Made by a program: the position numbers and the translations under genes
The notes under the pieces: generated by a model
The model's database searches: none
What the model saw: the letters and a program-made list of their open reading frames with translations, nothing else
What the model was told of the DNA's origin: nothing
DNA from: Synechococcus sp.
Lineage (GTDB): Bacteria; Cyanobacteriota; Cyanobacteriia; Thermostichales; PCC-7336
NCBI GenBank assembly: GCA_051439425.1
Contig: JBFRWD010000126.1
Coordinates: 1-31,529 of the forward strand
Reading direction: 5' to 3'
Length of the DNA: 31,529 nt
Shown: piece after piece, positions 27,160 through 31,529 of the stretch
How the letters are laid out: every line of letters begins with the position of its first letter
Numbering within the stretch: the stretch's first letter is position 1

Positions 27160-28008
27160 ATGTCCGTAACCCCGCTGTCCGTTGACTGGCAAGCTGCCAA
27201 ATCCTACGACGAGATTCTCTACCACAAAGCTGATGGCATGGCGAAAGTCACCATCAACCGTCCTCATAAGCGCAATGCGTTTACACCCAAGACGGTGTTT
27301 GAGATGTATGACGCATTCTGCGATGCGCGGGAGGATGCCAGAATTGGCGTCATTTTCTTGACGGGGGCGGGGCCGCATACGGATGGTAAGTATGCCTTTT
27401 GCTCGGGGGGAGATCAGAGTGTGCGGGGAAAAGCGGGATATGTCGGAAACGATGGGGTACCCCGTCTGAATGTGCTGGATTTGCAGCGGCTGATTCGGTC
27501 GATTCCCAAAGTCACCATTGCGCTGGTGGCAGGATATGCGATCGGGGGAGGGCACGTTCTCCACTTGCTGTGCGATCTCACGATTGCGGCTGATAACGCT
27601 GTATTTGGCCAAACCGGCCCGAAGGTGGGAAGCTTCGACGGAGGATTCGGAGCGAGTTATTTAGCGCGCATCGTCGGTCAAAAGAAAGCGCGGGAAATCT
27701 GGTTTTTGTGCCGCCAGTACGATGCTCAAGCCGCGTTGGATATGGGCCTGGTCAACACTGTGGTTCCGGTCGATCGCCTCGAAGCTGAAGGGGTGGAATG
27801 GGCTCAAGAAGTCCTGAGCAAGAGTCCGCTAGCCATTCGTTGTCTTAAAGCCGCGTTCAATGCCGACTGCGACGGTCAAGCTGGGTTGCAGGAGTTGGCC
27901 GGTAATGCCACATTGCTCTACTACATGAACGAGGAAGGTAGCGAAGGAAAACAGGCATTTTTAGAAAAGCGTGCTCCAGATTTTCGCCAATTTCCGTGGT
28001 TGCCATGA
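27160..28008 (+). CDS. menB: 1,4-dihydroxy-2-naphthoyl-CoA synthase
   Basis: [45 protein letters not shown] 27160. Confidence 0.97.
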   Translation: MSVTPLSVDWQAAKSYDEILYHKADGMAKVTINRPHKRNAFTPKTVFEMYDAFCDAREDARIGVIFLTGAGPHTDGKYAFCSGGDQSVRGKAGYVGNDGVPRLNVLDLQRLIRSIPKVTIALVAGYAIGGGHVLHLLCDLTIAADNAVFGQTGPKVGSFDGGFGASYLARIVGQKKAREIWFLCRQYDAQAALDMGLVNTVVPVDRLEAEGVEWAQEVLSKSPLAIRCLKAAFNADCDGQAGLQELAGNATLLYYMNEEGSEGKQAFLEKRAPDFRQFPWLP

Positions 28009-28052
28009 GGGGGTAGCAAGTTGGTATTTAAAGTCAAGGCGTGGGGTTGGCC

Positions 28053-28094
28053 TAGTCCTTAGTCCCTAGTCCTTAGTCCCTAGTCCTTAGTCCT
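28053..28094 (+). repeat. Heptamer short tandem repeat (STRR-like), 6 x TAGTCC(C/T)
   Basis: Directly visible in the menB-yjbQ spacer. Confidence 0.9.
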
Positions 28095-28153
28095 TCGTGC
28101 TTAACCTCTGTAGCCAGCGACGCTGTTGAGTCCTGTGTACTATTCAACCCCAG

Positions 28154-28181
28154 CGACTAGTGACCAGTGACCAATGACCCC
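28154..28181 (+). repeat. Degenerate heptamer repeat (CGACTAG TGACCAG TGACCAA TGACCCC), roughly inverse to the upstream array
   Basis: Four 7-nt units directly visible. Confidence 0.65.
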
Positions 28182-28219
28182 AGAACGCTCTCCTACGCTC
28201 CATTCGCCTTTCAATTCCA

Positions 28220-28660
28220 ATGTCCATCACCCATCACATCGTCACCATCGAAACCGAAGCCGGCCTGCAGCTCCACAACCTCACACCCAATATCAAAAAA
28301 CTTCTGTCAGAGTCATCGATCGCAAACGGTTATGTTCTTGTCTTTTCGCGCCACACCACCACAGCATTAGCGGTGAATGAATACGAAGAGCGCTTGCTAG
28401 CAGACATCAAAACGTATCTGAATAAGTTGGCTCCTCAAGGCGATCGTTACCTGCACAACGATCTGCATTTGCGTCCCAACATCCCTGATGACGAACCCGA
28501 GAATGCTCACTCGCATCTGATGGCCATCACCCTCAGTAATAGCGAAATGATTCCGGTGGTAGACGGTCAATTGGCGTTGGGGACTTACCAGTCCGTGTTG
28601 CTGTTCGAATTAGATGGTCCGCGTCGGCGCACCGTGTCCGTTCAGATTTGCGGGGAATAA
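28220..28660 (+). CDS. yjbQ: YjbQ/UPF0047 family protein (secondary thiamine-phosphate synthase)
   Basis: HTTTALAVNE, YLHND, NAHSHL, LGTYQSVLLFELDGPR. Confidence 0.92.
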   Translation: MSITHHIVTIETEAGLQLHNLTPNIKKLLSESSIANGYVLVFSRHTTTALAVNEYEERLLADIKTYLNKLAPQGDRYLHNDLHLRPNIPDDEPENAHSHLMAITLSNSEMIPVVDGQLALGTYQSVLLFELDGPRRRTVSVQICGE

Positions 28661-28723
28661 ATACTGCGAATCACTGGCCAAACAAAATCCTGCTTCTAAA
28701 ATCGTCGGTGTCAGTGCGATCGC

Positions 28724-29908
28724 ATGGAGTCGCTGAACATGGCCAGAGACCATCGGTGGATTGCTAGAACCTGCACGCTGGCTACATCAACGCTAGTGGC
28801 ATCAGCTGTATTCGGAAGCATAGTGGGCTGGCAACGCTTGAAGACTCCGGTTGCGATCGCCCAAACGTCTCCCGATTTATCCGCAACACTTCCTGTTGTC
28901 ACAGTCGGAGGCCTGAACCGCTTCCGCGCCCGCATTGGCAGCTCTTCAGTCGCAGTTTCGGTCGTAGAGCTGGATGCGTCTGAGCCAGACTTTCTCATGC
29001 GGCCCTTTTGGGCTAGCCCCTACCAAGTGCCGGGGTTGATGGATACTCAATCGGCTGCCCGCAGAGTTGGAGCCGACATCGTCATCAACGGTGGCTTTTT
29101 CAGCCGCATTACCCACCAGCCTCTGGGAGCGATCAAAGTTGACAATCGCTGGGTATCCGGGCCGATTTTGGGACGCGGGGTGATGGCTTGGACCGATAGT
29201 GGAGACTTTTTATTCGATCGCGTCCAATTCTACGAAGAAGCCCAACTCTCCAACGGCGAAACATTACTCATCTCTGACCTCAACAGCGGCTACTTCCGCT
29301 CCGGTTTTTCCCGCTACACACCGGTGTGGGGTCGCAGCTACACCACAGAAACTGATAACGAAGTGGTGATTGTGGTGGAGGGCAACCGCATTGTTGATAT
29401 TCGCATTGCAGACGAAGCCCAATCGCTAACCCAGGCGATTCCTGGCAATGGTTATTTGCTGGTTGCTCGCCAAACTGAAGCCGCAGCCCACGGGCGATCG
29501 CTACCGTTGGGGGCAGACATTATCGTCAGCACCCGCATCACTCCCGACCTCCTATCGCTGTACCCTCACGCCATTGGGGCAGGTCCCCTGCTGATGAAAG
29601 ATGGGGCGATTGTGTTGGATGCCGAGCTAGAGCGCTTTCGCCCACCGTTCCCGACTCAACGAGCTGCCCGCAGTGCTGTGGGATTAACCGCCGATCGCAA
29701 ACTCCTGTTTGTTACGGCGGGCAAAGGAGAAGAAGATACCGGTATTACGCTGGGGGAGATGGCCGTCTTAATGCAGCAGTTGGGCAGTCAGCAGGCTCTC
29801 AACTTAGATGGGGGTACCTCTTCAACTTTGTATGTGGGCGATCGCGTGGTGAATTTCAACGGCAACCCTCCCCGAGTTCACAACTACTTGGGGGTTTTTG
29901 AGCACTGA
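28724..29908 (+). CDS. Phosphodiester glycosidase (NAGPA/DUF2233) family protein
   Basis: INGGFF, GAGPLL, ARSAVG, ALNLDGGTSS; N-terminal signal or anchor. Confidence 0.9.
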   Translation: MESLNMARDHRWIARTCTLATSTLVASAVFGSIVGWQRLKTPVAIAQTSPDLSATLPVVTVGGLNRFRARIGSSSVAVSVVELDASEPDFLMRPFWASPYQVPGLMDTQSAARRVGADIVINGGFFSRITHQPLGAIKVDNRWVSGPILGRGVMAWTDSGDFLFDRVQFYEEAQLSNGETLLISDLNSGYFRSGFSRYTPVWGRSYTTETDNEVVIVVEGNRIVDIRIADEAQSLTQAIPGNGYLLVARQTEAAAHGRSLPLGADIIVSTRITPDLLSLYPHAIGAGPLLMKDGAIVLDAELERFRPPFPTQRAARSAVGLTADRKLLFVTAGKGEEDTGITLGEMAVLMQQLGSQQALNLDGGTSSTLYVGDRVVNFNGNPPRVHNYLGVFEH

Positions 29909-30546
29909 CATCGCAACCCCACCGTCAGGTCGAGAGGCACGAGCAAGCTCCAGCCTTAGCTGGGCCAGTCAAATGAGTTTGAACCCTCTACCGATAGTGC
30001 AGTTCAGATGAAGAATACGTACAAGGAAAGGCTTCACCCGAAGTTCGTTTTCTTATGCCACCTGAGCCGTATTTGTTCTCTTAAGCCCATGTGGCGATGG
30101 AAAATATCTGCGATCGTCAGATATTTTCCATGGGTCAAACAGGAATTTACCAAGCTAGCGATGTTGTTGGGCCGTATTCCCGATCTCAACTCAGACCCAG
30201 CAGAAACCCTACATCAATATTGATTGCTCATCAGACCTAAACCCTAATTGCAATTGGGGTTTGGTGTCTAGCAAGATTCGTAATCCTATGTGTTTCGTAT
30301 TCTCTGGAGCCGTCTCCTCAGGGGTATTCTTCACAACATCATGCTCGTCATTCTTGCTGAGATGCGTGTGACTGCGACGTCTAATGCGTTGGTGTGATTA
30401 CGGAATCTTAACTTTTTGCATGTATGTTAAGAAGTTGTTCAGTATATGTACTCAGTGTGAAGGAGAAAAGTTGTTGGTCGTCGAGGTACGGCATACGACT
30501 TGGTTTCTGCTTCGCCGGATATGAATACTCACAGGAAACTTTCTTC

Positions 30547-31529
30547 ATGATGACTCCAGAAGCATTCATTCGCGATCGAGAAACTGCAGCTGGTGCTGCC
30601 GATGTTGTCTCGGATCGCCATCAGTTTGGTCAGTCCGAGGCTGTCAATCTGATGTTCGTTGACGCTGCCGTTGAGAACATTGACGCTCTCATTTCGCAAG
30701 TTGCTCGTGACACCCAAGTCATTCTTCTGGACGCCGATTCTGACGGAATTGCTCAAATTACAGACGCGCTTTCTCAATTCGAGGATGTTGCCAGCCTGAA
30801 TGTTGTGTCCCACGGAGACGCGGGACAAATTCAACTTGGCTCGTCCACTATTTCCTCCACCAATCTGGCCCAATACTCGTCGCAGTTGGAAAGCTGGCAG
30901 GATTCCTTAACCGACAGTGCCGACATTTTGTTTTATGGATGCAATGTTGCAGCGGGAGAGAATGGGGCTCAGTTTCTATCTGAAATCGATCGACTCACCG
31001 GTGCCGATATTGCTGCGTCTACTGACCTGACCGGGAGCAATCAACTGGGTGGTGATTGGCATCTTGAATATGCCTCTGGAGAGATTGAAACCTCTTCGCC
31101 GTTCGCCGATGACATCGGGCAAGACTATGGTTATATTCTCCAATCCAGTCGGGCTTCAAATGGTTCTGTATTTGCGGGGCAGGACGGCAAGGTTGTTATA
31201 GAAGCGGAATCGGCCAATTTGAAAGGGGGATGGGTTCGGACGACAATCGCTAACCGTACAGCAGTACTGTACCGAGGCAATAATAATTTGCAGAGAGCCG
31301 ACCCTTCGCAACAGCTAGAATATCGGTTTAAAACCGACCGAAGCGGCCGATTTTCTATTGCTCTGCATAGCGCGCGTCAGAACAATCTGATTGAAAAGTT
31401 CGAATCCCATCGCGGTAATGACGCTTTTGTCAGTATCGTGAATGCTAAACCGGGAAGGCCTGTTCTACCCACCACCAAACTCGCCACCTTCTTCGGGAAT
31501 GCTAACTTGACGTATAAATGGGGCGGTAC
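30547..31529 (+). CDS. DUF4347-domain large extracellular protein, 5' part (runs off the window; not in ORF track)
   Basis: Hand translation from ATG 30547: MMTPEAF...LMFVDAAV...DGIAQIT...VVSHGDAGQIQLG...ADILFYGCNVAAG...LTGADIAASTDLTG...GGDWHLE, then VVIEAES; no stop before the window end. Confidence 0.9.
   Translation, partial: MMTPEAFIRDRETAAGAADVVSDRHQFGQSEAVNLMFVDAAVENIDALISQVARDTQVILLDADSDGIAQITDALSQFEDVASLNVVSHGDAGQIQLGSSTISSTNLAQYSSQLESWQDSLTDSADILFYGCNVAAGENGAQFLSEIDRLTGADIAASTDLTGSNQLGGDWHLEYASGEIETSSPFADDIGQDYGYILQSSRASNGSVFAGQDGKVVIEAESANLKGGWVRTTIANRTAVLYRGNNNLQRADPSQQLEYRFKTDRSGRFSIALHSARQNNLIEKFESHRGNDAFVSIVNAKPGRPVLPTTKLATFFGNANLTYKWGG

Noticed and set aside
27097..27612. 171-aa minus-strand ORF
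   Set aside because: Antisense shadow of menB.
30529..30873. 114-aa minus-strand ORF
   Set aside because: Antisense to the DUF4347 coding frame.

Overview
Cyanobacterial chromosomal window, judged from frequent HIP1 octamers (GCGATCGC) and cyanobacterial-type gene families. Left part: the C-terminus of a probable NACHT-type protein with a 12-bp coding repeat, a GNAT acetyltransferase, an Omp85-family barrel, oligopeptidase A, and the four-gene Anbu / CP-ATP-grasp / alpha-E / transglutaminase module. Right part: HtrA, ABC-2 transporter genes, murG, menB, yjbQ, a NAGPA-family protein and the start of a DUF4347 protein. Between them lies a stretch with no perfect HIP1 site (~11.0-20.2 kb). It carries IS6 remnants, a C39-peptidase ABC exporter with its HlyD partner, and four small double-glycine-leader precursor genes; two of these are missing from the ORF track and one is a pseudogene. 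The main finding is that the precursor cores do not look like ordinary bacteriocins. They read as patchworks of short signature motifs from unrelated foreign surface or nanomachine proteins: the DUF1559 pilin-like motif LLLPAVQAAREAARR, an Hcp-like motif DENHDK(W)IDALSIDWG, and a dockerin-like motif VDSSDFTIWK. This suggests a secreted motif-mosaic (mimic or decoy) peptide system. Motif and family assignments come from recognition by eye and need database confirmation.
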